Part shown: one piece after another, positions 25,498 through 35,075 of the stretch | Position numbering within the stretch: position 1 is the first letter of the stretch | Layout: each line of letters opens with the position of its first letter | Origin: Bdellovibrionota bacterium | Lineage (GTDB): Bacteria; Bdellovibrionota_G; JALEGL01; DATDPG01 | Direction of reading: 5' to 3' | Assembly (NCBI GenBank): GCA_035292885.1 | Contig: DATDPG010000019.1 | Span: 59,570-123,569, forward strand | Length of the DNA: 64,000 nucleotides | Notes under the pieces: generated by a model | Seen by the model: the letters and a program-made list of their open reading frames with translations, nothing else | Told to the model about the DNA's origin: nothing | Database searches by the model: none | Made by a program: the position numbers and the translations under genes

Positions 25498-26397
25498 GTG
25501 TTGATCGTTTCGATACTGACTGGGGTAGCGATATCGGCTGCCGCCCCCGCTTCCACCAAGGTCGCGTTTTTGGCCGATCATGGGTACAGCGAAACAACCG
25601 ATGCCGTTTTCCGGATGGTTCGAAACGAAGGCGCTTCCCTGCTCGTGATTCAAGGCGATCTCGACTACAAGAGCGACGCCCAACAATGGGAGGAAATGAT
25701 CAACAGGACGTTGGGAGAGAATTTTCCGGTCCTCGTGGCTCCCGGCGACGAGGAATTTAAGCGCTGGAAAGACTACCAAACTGTCTTCCGCCGCCGCCTC
25801 GAACGAGCCAAAGAAGTTTCATGCGAGGGTGACCCTGGAATCCGTTCCACGTGCACGTTCCGCAATCTTCGGGTTCTGTTGCTCGGGGTGGGGTTGACCG
25901 GCGACGACTATTCTTCCTACATCCGCAATCCGGCTATCCATGGGAAGGAACCGTGGAAAATCTGCTCCTGGCATCTTAACCAGCGCCTCCTTCAGATCGA
26001 GAAGAAACCGGACGAAGCCGGATGGGACGCCTATGAAGCCTGCCGTGAGATCGGCGCGATCGTGGCAAACGGCCACGCGCACGTCTATGCCCGGACACAT
26101 CTATTGTCGAAAATGAATCCGCCGACCATCCTCTCGAAGGAACCGGTTCTTACGATCGCGCCCGGTCAGACGTTTCTCTTCATCAGCGGCATCGGCGGAA
26201 AATCAATCCGAAAGCAAAAGGACACCCTGGCCGCCAACCCCTGGTGGGCTACTGTTTATACCCGAAAACAACATGCCGATTTCGGTGCGCTCTTTTGTTC
26301 GTTCGGCGCCCAAGAGAAAAAGCCCAAAGGAGACTGCTACTTCAAAGACATTCAAGGCCGAGTCGTAGACCGTTTCGAGCTTCTCAGTCTTTTGTAG
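25498..26397 (+). CDS. Metallophosphoesterase (calcineurin-like), secreted
   Basis: GTG start with a hydrophobic N-terminus. FLADHGY, VIQGDLDY, ANGHAHVYAR (GHxH). The GNHE block is degenerate (APGDEE). Confidence 0.6.
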   Translation: MLIVSILTGVAISAAAPASTKVAFLADHGYSETTDAVFRMVRNEGASLLVIQGDLDYKSDAQQWEEMINRTLGENFPVLVAPGDEEFKRWKDYQTVFRRRLERAKEVSCEGDPGIRSTCTFRNLRVLLLGVGLTGDDYSSYIRNPAIHGKEPWKICSWHLNQRLLQIEKKPDEAGWDAYEACREIGAIVANGHAHVYARTHLLSKMNPPTILSKEPVLTIAPGQTFLFISGIGGKSIRKQKDTLAANPWWATVYTRKQHADFGALFCSFGAQEKKPKGDCYFKDIQGRVVDRFELLSLL

Positions 26398-26427
26398 CGT
26401 AGCTCCGGGTCGGATACGATCCCAGGC

Positions 26428-28017
26428 GTGAAGCGTTCGGCCCAGGTCGTTCAACCGGTACCGCCTTCTGGGGAGGTGGGGCGGGAGTATCCGGGCTTAT
26501 ACGAAGAACTCGACCAGCTGCGACGAAAGCGGTTGACGCTGGTGGCTACCGTCGGCGCGTTGATGTGCCTCACGATTCAAGTGATCAACTTCTGGACCCA
26601 AGCCGGCCCGCGGATCTATCCGCGGATGGAACCGGAGATCCTCGATCGGGCCACACTGCTCTTTCACGCCGCTTCGTTTCTTTCAGCCGCTTTCCTGTTT
26701 CGAATTCGTTCGCTTCAGACACAGACGGTTCTCGCTCTCGATCTCCTCTTGTTTGGGTTGAACATTCTCGCTCGATCCCTTGCGACGATCTGCATCGTTG
26801 AAACGGGCGATCATTTTCCGGGAATCGAGGGTATTTCCCTTGCGGTGATTTTGCATGGGGTATTCGTTCCGACCGGTATCACGATACCGATTGTGCTCGG
26901 CGCCTTGGCCACGATCTCCTTCCCGTTGGCCCAAATCGCGGGTTTACACTGGTTCGACTCGATCGCCGCACATTGGCAACAAGTAAGTGGGGCGGAGCCG
27001 TTTGCGTTCTTGCTTACTTTGAACACGCTTACGATCGCCTTTTTCGCCTTTCTCGGCGTTCTGGCCAACCGCGTTTTTTACGGCCTCGCCCGGGACGCCT
27101 ACCGCGCCAAACAGCTTGGGAATTATCTCATTGAAGGGGAACTCGGTTCGGGCGGGATGGGAAAAATTTTGATCGGACGGCATCGTCTGATGCGCCGGCC
27201 GACGGCGATCAAAGTTTTGCGGGCCGAGTTTTTGGGCGGGCCGGAAGCCTTGGCTCGTTTCGAGCGCGAAGTCGAACTGGCGTCAAAGCTTACGCATCCC
27301 AACACAATCGCCATATATGATTTCGGACGTTCGGCCGACGGAACCTTTTACTACGCCATGGAAATGCTCAAGGGGTTAAACCTCCAGGAACTCGTGGATC
27401 AATACGGTCCTCTTCCCTCGCCGCGGGCCGTGCATATCGTAAAGCAAATTTGCGGATCGCTGGCGGAAGCGCATTCGATGGGTGTCGTCCATCGCGACAT
27501 TAAACCGAGCAATATTTTTCTCACGCAGCGCGGAGGTCTGGACGACTTCGTCAAAGTCATCGATTTCGGTTTGGCCAAACAGGTCGCCACGCCCGACGTG
27601 CCGGGTGAGGGCCTTACGGAGGCCGGGCGTCTGTTCGGCACGCCGCATTTTATGGCGCCGGAGACGGCATACGGAGCCGATCGAGCGAGTCCTCAGTCCG
27701 ATATCTACAGCCTGGGCGCGGTCGCTTATTGGCTTGTAACCGGAAAGCGGCTCTTCGACGGCACTCCGGCGGAAATATTGGCCGCGCATGTGAAGACGGT
27801 ACCGAAGCCGCCTTCAAAAGTTTCAGAGGTTCAGATTCCGGCCTCACTCGAACAGACGATACTTACCTGCCTAAAGAAAAAACCGGAGGAGCGACACAAA
27901 TCGGCGATGGAAATCTTCACCGCGCTGGACGGCATCGAAGGGACATCACGTTGGTCAAACGCACAAGCGAGAGAGTGGTGGGAGATCCACCATCCGGGTC
28001 TGTTCACGCATCTTTGA
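26428..28017 (+). CDS. Membrane Ser/Thr protein kinase (N-terminal ~6-TM domain + Hanks kinase)
   Basis: LGSGGMGKILIG, AIKVLR, HRDIKPSNIFL, DFGLAK, GTPHFMAPE. Paralog of 30270..31850. Its 3' end overlaps the convergent gene by 14 nt. Confidence 0.85.
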   Translation: MKRSAQVVQPVPPSGEVGREYPGLYEELDQLRRKRLTLVATVGALMCLTIQVINFWTQAGPRIYPRMEPEILDRATLLFHAASFLSAAFLFRIRSLQTQTVLALDLLLFGLNILARSLATICIVETGDHFPGIEGISLAVILHGVFVPTGITIPIVLGALATISFPLAQIAGLHWFDSIAAHWQQVSGAEPFAFLLTLNTLTIAFFAFLGVLANRVFYGLARDAYRAKQLGNYLIEGELGSGGMGKILIGRHRLMRRPTAIKVLRAEFLGGPEALARFEREVELASKLTHPNTIAIYDFGRSADGTFYYAMEMLKGLNLQELVDQYGPLPSPRAVHIVKQICGSLAEAHSMGVVHRDIKPSNIFLTQRGGLDDFVKVIDFGLAKQVATPDVPGEGLTEAGRLFGTPHFMAPETAYGADRASPQSDIYSLGAVAYWLVTGKRLFDGTPAEILAAHVKTVPKPPSKVSEVQIPASLEQTILTCLKKKPEERHKSAMEIFTALDGIEGTSRWSNAQAREWWEIHHPGLFTHL

Positions 28018-30256
28018 GTAATTCTTTGAGAGCAGATCGTTCTTCGTCCGAGGCAAAGAGCGTGGCTCCGGTCTTTAGAAGGTCGGAAACGACATGGTCG
28101 ATCGGTCGAACGGTTTTTCGCTTTTGTTCATCGCTCAGATCGCCGATAAACGGCCACAGTCCCTTTTTCAGATCGGCGGGAAGGACCTGCTCCAGATATT
28201 CGAGGGCGAAGCTCCTGAGCTTTTCGTTCTCGAGAAGAATTCCATAATAGGCCGCCCGAACCGCCTCGGGCTCCAGCACCAGCGCCAACATACGGAAGGT
28301 ATGCTCGATCCCGAGCTCCCCTCGGCGTCCCACCCGTTCGGACACGAGATCATCCTCTTCCGGCTCGGTTTCATCCAAAAGCCGGTGCAGTTCCCAGACC
28401 GGCTTTCCACGGCTGACTTCCCCTTTCAAGGCTTCCCACACACCCGTCTTCCAATTTGTCTCCGACACCGGAAGGCCATGCTTTCGGCGGTTGGCTAAAG
28501 CGATCGCCGAACGATATCGAACTTCGAACCGTGAGTCTCCCAGAGCCACGACAAGCGCCTCATCCGCTTTGGCGATCGGAACTTTCGCCAGGACACGGGG
28601 GATTCTCCTGCGGATGACGAAATCGTTGTTTTCGTCCCGGAGAATCCCCGCCAACACGTGGAATCCGCCAGCCCCGACTCGAACCAAAGCGTGCGTGACA
28701 AGATCCTGAAGATCTTTTTGTGCCAGGAGACGGACGAGAGTCTCCGCATGGCTTTCATTCCAGTCCGTTTTCTCCATCAGCGCTTTTCGAACCTCGGTGG
28801 GATTTTTGGATTGAATCCGTTCCAATGTCGTGCTCTTCGTTGGCGTGACCGGCGCTTGAGAGACTTTGGCTGCACCCGAGGGTGGAAGGAGACCTCGGGC
28901 CTCCAAGTCGGCGGCTATACCCAGCCGGCTGAAGGTCGCCGTCAAAAGCCCTCTCCCCTCAAATCGGGCATCCGCCAGCATTCGTTCCGGTTCCGCCTTA
29001 TCCCGCAGCTGTTGAACGAGCGTCTCAAAATACTTCCTTCCGATTTGCCGGCTCAGCCCCAAGAAACCGAGGGCTGAGACTCCCACAAGAATCGAAAGGT
29101 ATTTGGAGGGAAGGCCTCCCAAGGTGATGCATAGAAAAATGAGTCCCGATCCGGCCCCTTCGGCAGCCGCGTCGACCAAAGAATCAATGAAGGTCTTCGT
29201 TTTTCGCCGGACCTGCGTGGGAAGAGGGATGTACACAACTTCGACGGCCGACCGAAAAATGGATTTCCGGATCGAATTGTCCGCGCCGCGCGCCAACGTG
29301 GCCGCTATTAATCCGGGCAAGAGAAAAAGCCCGGTGGAGCCGGCCAGCAAAACCATCGGCAGAACTGCGAACGTGGTCCCGACACCCGTCCTCGCCAAAA
29401 GCGGCGCTGTAACAACGACCTGAAGAAGAAGAGAAATAAGGCCGGTCCAACCGTAGAAGCTCCCGAAAAACCCGGCCAGCTGTTCCCTCGACTGCAAGGA
29501 AGCTCGAACTTGTTCCTTGAATTGATAGTCGAGGAGCGTGCTCGCTAACGTTGCCGCGAAAACGATTGAAGCCAACGTCCGCAGATGCTCGTTCCGCCAT
29601 ACGAGATGCAAGCTCTCACGCGTACTGGTCCGTTCGCCCTCCTTTTCCTTAGGGTCCATGTCCTTTCGCGCCGGAAGCAGGACTTGCAGAAGCAAAAAGA
29701 GGCCGACAAGCCCAATTAACGCCGGGATCATTTGAACGAGGCCGATCTGTTTGATCAGCGGCTTGATGGACGTACCCAGAGTGAGGGCGCCGATGGTCCC
29801 TCCGGCGCTGATTAACGCAAACAAACGCTTGGCGCGGCGAATCGGAAAAAATTCCGCCGTGACCACCCAGAAGCCGGAGGTCAAGACGAATGCGCCCAGC
29901 GCCGTCCAGAGGTAAAAGACAACCACGGCGGAAGCATTTTGCGTCGCAACCGGCCAAAGTGCGAGAAGGCCCATCGCGAATAGAAACACCGCGTAACGAA
30001 GGACACGTTGAGCTCCGTACCGGGCCATAAGTTTGGAAAACGTCCCAATCGTTGGCAACGCCAGAACCACGACGGCGGTCGTGATATACGGGAGCGTCTT
30101 GACGTCGAATGTGCCAAGGTAGAGGGCCTCACGAAGGGAGCGCCCGAGAATCATCATTCCGACGACGAAAAACGCGCCGAGAAAACAGAGAGCAACCGTA
30201 GGGAACTCGCCCGGCCTTATGTCAAGCCAACTTGTGAGCCGCTGGGCGGGTTTCAT
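28004..30256 (-). CDS. MFS/TLC-like (nucleotide-transporter-like) permease fused to a C-terminal HEAT-repeat domain
   Basis: N-terminal region of about 420 aa with about 12 TM helices (IRPGEFPTVALCFLGAFFVV...LREALYLGTFDVKTLPYI). C-terminal soluble region has HEAT-like repeats (IPRVLAKVPIAKADEALVVALGDSRFEVRYRSAIALA). Confidence 0.55.
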   Translation of the reverse strand: MKPAQRLTSWLDIRPGEFPTVALCFLGAFFVVGMMILGRSLREALYLGTFDVKTLPYITTAVVVLALPTIGTFSKLMARYGAQRVLRYAVFLFAMGLLALWPVATQNASAVVVFYLWTALGAFVLTSGFWVVTAEFFPIRRAKRLFALISAGGTIGALTLGTSIKPLIKQIGLVQMIPALIGLVGLFLLLQVLLPARKDMDPKEKEGERTSTRESLHLVWRNEHLRTLASIVFAATLASTLLDYQFKEQVRASLQSREQLAGFFGSFYGWTGLISLLLQVVVTAPLLARTGVGTTFAVLPMVLLAGSTGLFLLPGLIAATLARGADNSIRKSIFRSAVEVVYIPLPTQVRRKTKTFIDSLVDAAAEGAGSGLIFLCITLGGLPSKYLSILVGVSALGFLGLSRQIGRKYFETLVQQLRDKAEPERMLADARFEGRGLLTATFSRLGIAADLEARGLLPPSGAAKVSQAPVTPTKSTTLERIQSKNPTEVRKALMEKTDWNESHAETLVRLLAQKDLQDLVTHALVRVGAGGFHVLAGILRDENNDFVIRRRIPRVLAKVPIAKADEALVVALGDSRFEVRYRSAIALANRRKHGLPVSETNWKTGVWEALKGEVSRGKPVWELHRLLDETEPEEDDLVSERVGRRGELGIEHTFRMLALVLEPEAVRAAYYGILLENEKLRSFALEYLEQVLPADLKKGLWPFIGDLSDEQKRKTVRPIDHVVSDLLKTGATLFASDEERSALKELLKDA

Positions 30257-30269
30257 TCAGAGGTGTTTA

Positions 30270-31850
30270 CTACGCCGCCTCGGCGAAGTCGACCGGCTGG
30301 CGATGAAGCGACCACCACTCCCTCGCCTGATTCTGCGTCCAGAGTCTGTTGGGTTCACAGGTTTCAAGCGCACCGAGGAACTCGTCCATATTTTGAAAGC
30401 GATCTTCGGGCTTCTTGGCCAGACACCGAAGAACGAACCGGTCCAACGCTTCGGGAATGGCGATCTCGGAGAGTTCGGAAGGTGGTTTAGGGTCGGTCTT
30501 GGCGTGATCGACGAGAAGCTCGACGTTGGACGACGCGGCAAAAAGCGGCTGTCCCGTGAGCAACCAGAAGGTCACCGCTCCCAGATTATAGATATCGGCA
30601 CGATGATCCACTTTCGATGAGCCGTACACCATCTCCGGCGCGATGTACCGAGGGGTCCCGAAAATCACTCCGGTCTTCGTCAAGTGGGAGGCTCCGTCAA
30701 TTTTCATCTCTTTGGCCAGACCGAAATCCAGAACCTTTACGAAATCGTAAATGCCACCCCGTTCCGTCAGAAAAATATTCGCCGGCTTGATATCGCGGTG
30801 AATGATGTCCTTGTTGTGAGCTTCACCGAGCGAGCCGGCGACCTGACGGAGAATATGAATGGTACGAGCGGCCGGCAGGGGACCGTATTTCTCGACGATC
30901 TCCTGAAGGTTTAGGCCGTCCAGGAACTCCATCACGTAAAAAAATTTGTTGTCGTCCGTCCGTCCGAAATCATAAATTGAAATCGTATTGGGATGACTGA
31001 GTGTCGAGGCCAGTTGAACCTCCCGTTCGAAACGTTGGATCGCCGCTCCGGAATCGTCGTCGCCCGGCACAAGCATCTTTAATGCGGTCGGCCGGTGCAT
31101 CATGGCGTGATGGGCGATATAGACCTTTCCCATGCCGCCGCTCCCGATCTCTTTTTCCAGGATGTAATTGCCGACTTGCTTCGCTTGATGGAGGTCCTTT
31201 CGCATGTTGTAAAGCGTCTTTGTGACCAGAGCCGAGACAAGACCATATATCGCGATTTGAATCGCTTGCGCCGGTGTGGCTCCGACCATCGCGTCGTATC
31301 CTCCACGCGTCTCCCAAAAGGTTTGGACGGAAGGGAACCAGAGATAGGACAAGAATCGCATGACGACGAAACCGAGTGTTGCCCAAACGCCCATGCTGAT
31401 CTGGCAACTCAAGAGACAGGGAACAAATGCCGCGTGTACGAAAAGTATCAATGAAATCGGAAAAAGTGGAGCCTCGGCCGGAAATGCGATGGCCCCAACC
31501 CACGTAGCCAGCAAAAGGTTGAAATGGAATACAACGTTATCGATCGTGCGGAGGGTCCCCGCTCGCCAATCCTTCAAGGAACGTAGAAAAAGCAGTGCTC
31601 CGGCAAAAGAAGCGGCATGAATCCATTTGGAAATCAGAACCCAATTCGGCGCGATCACACTTTCCCATTGAACCGGGCCCCACAAGTATTTTGTAATAAC
31701 CCAGCCGATCACACTGAGCGTCAGGCCCAAATAGGAGACGAGAATCAGGCGCTGATGAAGAAGCCCGCACCTCTCCTTCTGAAACGAGTCGCTCGTCTGG
31801 GCGGGCGACGGTTCCTTTTTCTTACAGCAAAGGGGCATCGTGATCGGCAT
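30270..31850 (-). CDS. Membrane Ser/Thr protein kinase (paralog of 26428..28017)
   Basis: IGSGGMGKVYIA, ALKMLV, HRDIKPANIFL, DFGLAK, GTPRYIAPE. The N-terminal polytopic domain is collinear with the other kinase. Lies 13 nt upstream of the transporter-HEAT gene. Confidence 0.85.
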   Translation of the reverse strand: MPITMPLCCKKKEPSPAQTSDSFQKERCGLLHQRLILVSYLGLTLSVIGWVITKYLWGPVQWESVIAPNWVLISKWIHAASFAGALLFLRSLKDWRAGTLRTIDNVVFHFNLLLATWVGAIAFPAEAPLFPISLILFVHAAFVPCLLSCQISMGVWATLGFVVMRFLSYLWFPSVQTFWETRGGYDAMVGATPAQAIQIAIYGLVSALVTKTLYNMRKDLHQAKQVGNYILEKEIGSGGMGKVYIAHHAMMHRPTALKMLVPGDDDSGAAIQRFEREVQLASTLSHPNTISIYDFGRTDDNKFFYVMEFLDGLNLQEIVEKYGPLPAARTIHILRQVAGSLGEAHNKDIIHRDIKPANIFLTERGGIYDFVKVLDFGLAKEMKIDGASHLTKTGVIFGTPRYIAPEMVYGSSKVDHRADIYNLGAVTFWLLTGQPLFAASSNVELLVDHAKTDPKPPSELSEIAIPEALDRFVLRCLAKKPEDRFQNMDEFLGALETCEPNRLWTQNQAREWWSLHRQPVDFAEAA

Positions 31851-31927
31851 ACGCTCGCATCTCCCGGTGGGGCCTATCTAGCGATGATAATGATCATTGT
31901 CCAGGAGGTCCCCGTATCTCCTTTATA

Positions 31928-33238
31928 TTGATTCAGTCCGGAGGAAGGTCTAAAAATTACAAATTGATTCCAAGGGCTTACACGGTTCTTTTGGGGATCC
32001 TCTGCACGATGACGCCTGCGGTCGCGGAAACCGTACCCGCGCCGATCTCCGGAACAGAACCGGAAACCCCGGTCGTCATCCAGGAAAAGGAACCTCGCTG
32101 GCCCAAAATCCTCGCTTTTCCCTTGGATCTTCCACCGACGGTTGTTCGCGGCGTCGGTCTCCCTTTCTCCATGTTCGCGAATTGGGCCGAGGAGACGAAC
32201 CTGCCCCTTCGGGCGCTGGAGTTTTTTTCCAACGATGACCGAACGGCGTATTGGTACCCGACCTTTCGAATCGGCGGTAAGGGAGGCGCATTTTTCGGCG
32301 CCGGAGGAAAGCACCGAGACCTTTTCGGGAGGGGATACAGCGGTTCGGCGCTCGCGAATGTTTCGTTAGGCCTCGATCTCGATGCCAAACTTTCCTTCAC
32401 GCATCCTCATCTCGGAAACAGCGATGTCGCCGGAGGTTTGGCCGCAACGTATTACCGGCGGCAACTGGAGGAATACTACGGCATCGGCAACGATTCCCGG
32501 GCGGAAGATTCCCGGAAATTCGAAGGGCGTCTTTTATATTTGTCCGCGCCGCTTGGCGGACAATGGGGTCGTCATTTCAATTGGGACGCGGCGGCGAAGT
32601 ACGCGGTTCTTGAGCAAGATGAGGCTTTCCCTGGAGATTTAAGCGGCAATTTTCCGTCCAACGAACTCTTCGGATTGGGCGAGTCGATCTCGGGGGGAGA
32701 CTTCGGCTTTGGTCTTCGTTGGGACGACCGGGATTTTAAAGGAGCGCCCGGGAAAGGGACGGTGATCAAGGGTTCGTTCAACGGCTTTGTTGGAGAGAAC
32801 GATTTTCGTTTTATTCGGACCAAAGCGGCGTTCAGCCGTTTTCTGACGCTCCGAAAACGAGGGCGAACGCTCGGTTTCGGCGGACGGTTTGAGTGGGCGG
32901 CTACGCCCGGGGGCGGCGAAATTCCGTTCACTTTCGTTCCATACTTGGGCGGAAGCGGAAATTTTCGCGCCTACGACGATTTTCGGTTCCGAGACAACGC
33001 GCTGTTTATGCTGATTAGCGAGTACCGTTATCCGCTCTGGCGGTACGCCGACATGGCGCTCTTTTTTGAAAGCGGCCGTGTCGCGGGCAGCCCGAGAGAT
33101 CTAAGTTTCCACGATCTGCACTACTCGTACGGCGCTGAAATTCGTTTTCGGACGCTCGACATCGCCTTTTTTCAAATTCTCATCGCTCACGGGGAGGACG
33201 GGTTCCGCGCGACGATGTCTCTGAACCAAAGTCTATGA
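31928..33238 (+). CDS. Omp85/BamA-superfamily-like outer-membrane barrel (short, without an obvious POTRA array)
   Basis: Signal-like AYTVLLGILCTMTPAVA. PYLGGSGNFRAYDDFRFRDNALFMLISEYRYPLW...FFESGRV resembles the lGG..lRGY loop-6 region of surface-antigen barrels. Confidence 0.5.
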   Translation: MIQSGGRSKNYKLIPRAYTVLLGILCTMTPAVAETVPAPISGTEPETPVVIQEKEPRWPKILAFPLDLPPTVVRGVGLPFSMFANWAEETNLPLRALEFFSNDDRTAYWYPTFRIGGKGGAFFGAGGKHRDLFGRGYSGSALANVSLGLDLDAKLSFTHPHLGNSDVAGGLAATYYRRQLEEYYGIGNDSRAEDSRKFEGRLLYLSAPLGGQWGRHFNWDAAAKYAVLEQDEAFPGDLSGNFPSNELFGLGESISGGDFGFGLRWDDRDFKGAPGKGTVIKGSFNGFVGENDFRFIRTKAAFSRFLTLRKRGRTLGFGGRFEWAATPGGGEIPFTFVPYLGGSGNFRAYDDFRFRDNALFMLISEYRYPLWRYADMALFFESGRVAGSPRDLSFHDLHYSYGAEIRFRTLDIAFFQILIAHGEDGFRATMSLNQSL

Positions 33239-34989
33239 ACGCACCCTTTTTTCGCACGGTCCTGATCGTTTTATCCGTCACGGGTTGCACGCATCATTCG
33301 CCTGCGCCGATTCTCACGCAGCACCAAATCGCCGACGATCGGAAGCCGATCGCCCCGGTCAAGGAGCGAACCGACTTGAAATATGGCGAAGTCGCCGATC
33401 GAAACACGTTCGAGCGACTTGCACGGGTCGCGGACGTTCGAACCTACCTAACGGGCGTAGGAAATAGCCTGGGCGGTGACTGGGGCCCCGAAGCCCTCAA
33501 CGCGAACTCGTTCGACGAAGTCGCCGACTCCAGCTGGTTTACGAATCGGAATGCACGCCAGGAGGTCGCTCTCGATATTCTTCGAGACGGCCCGCCGCCG
33601 GCGATTCACCTGTCGACCGTAGGGCCACTCGCCATTATCAGCGGCAAGGGATCGGGGGATATTCCGGGATTCATCGTGGCGGACCCAAACAACCAGCGGT
33701 TCCTTCTGAAGTTCGATTCGAGCGAATATTGCGGCCTATCGACGTCGACCGACGTCATCTCCAGCCGTTTCTTGTATGCCGCCGGTTACAATACTCGGGA
33801 AACACGGATCGAGCATATCGATCCGGCTCGATTCGTTCTCGATCCGAAAGCAAAAACCAAAGACCGCTTCGGGAAGAAGGTTCCGATGGATCAGGAGGCG
33901 TTTGCTCGCCTGATCGCCCGGCTTCCCGGCTGCCGGAAAGACGGAAAAGTTCGAACGATGGCCAGTCGCTTTTTGGAAGGGAAACCTGCCGGCCCGTTCT
34001 CCTATCAGGGTCGACGCGCCGACGACCCCAATGACAGGCTTCCCCATCAACACCGGCGGGAGTTGCGCGGTCTCGTGGTTCTGGCGTCATGGATCAACAA
34101 CACCGACTTTCAGGATTACAACACGCTCGACATGTTCAAGGAGGCGGGCGATGGGAATGGGCATCTCGTCCATTACTTGCTCGACTTCGGCGGATCCTTC
34201 GGCCACGGGACGCTCCACCCGAAACAAAATTACCAGGGCCATATTCATTTTATTGATTTCGAGGAAGCAGGATTAAATCTTCTGACGTTCGGACTTCGCG
34301 ATCCCGTCTGGGCGCAAGATTTCCCAATTCGGTATCGGTCGATCGGAAACTTTCGGGCCGACAACTTCGACCCATCGGAGTGGCGGCCGAGCAATCCCCA
34401 TCCGGCCCAGCAACAAATGACCGAACGAGACGGATTCTGGGGGGCGAAGCTGGTGGCCTCTTTTTCCGATGAACAGATCCGCACCGCCGTCCGGGCCGCC
34501 GAGCTTCCCGAAGATGGGGCCGAAGAGGAGATGGTTCGAATTCTAAAAAGTCGGAGGGACACGATCGCGAAGTACTGGTTTTCAAAGGTCGGAGCTCTCG
34601 ATCGTTTTGTCATCGAAGGGGACGTCCCCACCGTCCGATTTGTAGACTGGAACCAGGCGGGGCTCTGGCGGCCGACGCAGGCTGTGTCGTATCGCTGGCA
34701 TCTTCGAGGGAGGAAAATCTATCGTAGCGGTACGACACTCAAACCTCGGATCGAATTATTCGCAACGAAGGAGGCATTCGAAACTTGGCAGAAACAGATC
34801 CGTAAGAGCGCCGATCGTTACCTGCGACTGAACATCACGCCGATGATCGAAGATCCCGTCAGCCTGCCGTACGAGAAAGTTGCAACAACCGCTCGCGCGG
34901 CGGGCCACTCGACCGAGGCGAGCATTTTCCTCCATGATGACGGTCGATTCTATTGGGTTGGAACCGATCGAAAGCGATCGTCGAACTAA
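33235..34989 (+). CDS. Lipoprotein of unknown function with protein-kinase-like catalytic motifs
   Basis: ATGA overlap with the upstream barrel gene. MNAPFFRTVLIVLSVTGC lipobox. RFLLKFD, WINNTDFQDYN (D-x4-N) and LLDFGGSFG (DFG). Confidence 0.6.
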   Translation: MNAPFFRTVLIVLSVTGCTHHSPAPILTQHQIADDRKPIAPVKERTDLKYGEVADRNTFERLARVADVRTYLTGVGNSLGGDWGPEALNANSFDEVADSSWFTNRNARQEVALDILRDGPPPAIHLSTVGPLAIISGKGSGDIPGFIVADPNNQRFLLKFDSSEYCGLSTSTDVISSRFLYAAGYNTRETRIEHIDPARFVLDPKAKTKDRFGKKVPMDQEAFARLIARLPGCRKDGKVRTMASRFLEGKPAGPFSYQGRRADDPNDRLPHQHRRELRGLVVLASWINNTDFQDYNTLDMFKEAGDGNGHLVHYLLDFGGSFGHGTLHPKQNYQGHIHFIDFEEAGLNLLTFGLRDPVWAQDFPIRYRSIGNFRADNFDPSEWRPSNPHPAQQQMTERDGFWGAKLVASFSDEQIRTAVRAAELPEDGAEEEMVRILKSRRDTIAKYWFSKVGALDRFVIEGDVPTVRFVDWNQAGLWRPTQAVSYRWHLRGRKIYRSGTTLKPRIELFATKEAFETWQKQIRKSADRYLRLNITPMIEDPVSLPYEKVATTARAAGHSTEASIFLHDDGRFYWVGTDRKRSSN

Positions 34990-35075
34990 GTCAGGCGCCA
35001 CGTAAGCTGCTGGAATTACTTACGATTTAAATACCTTAAAAGTCAGCCGCATAAATCGTAAAATAGAAATACTCC

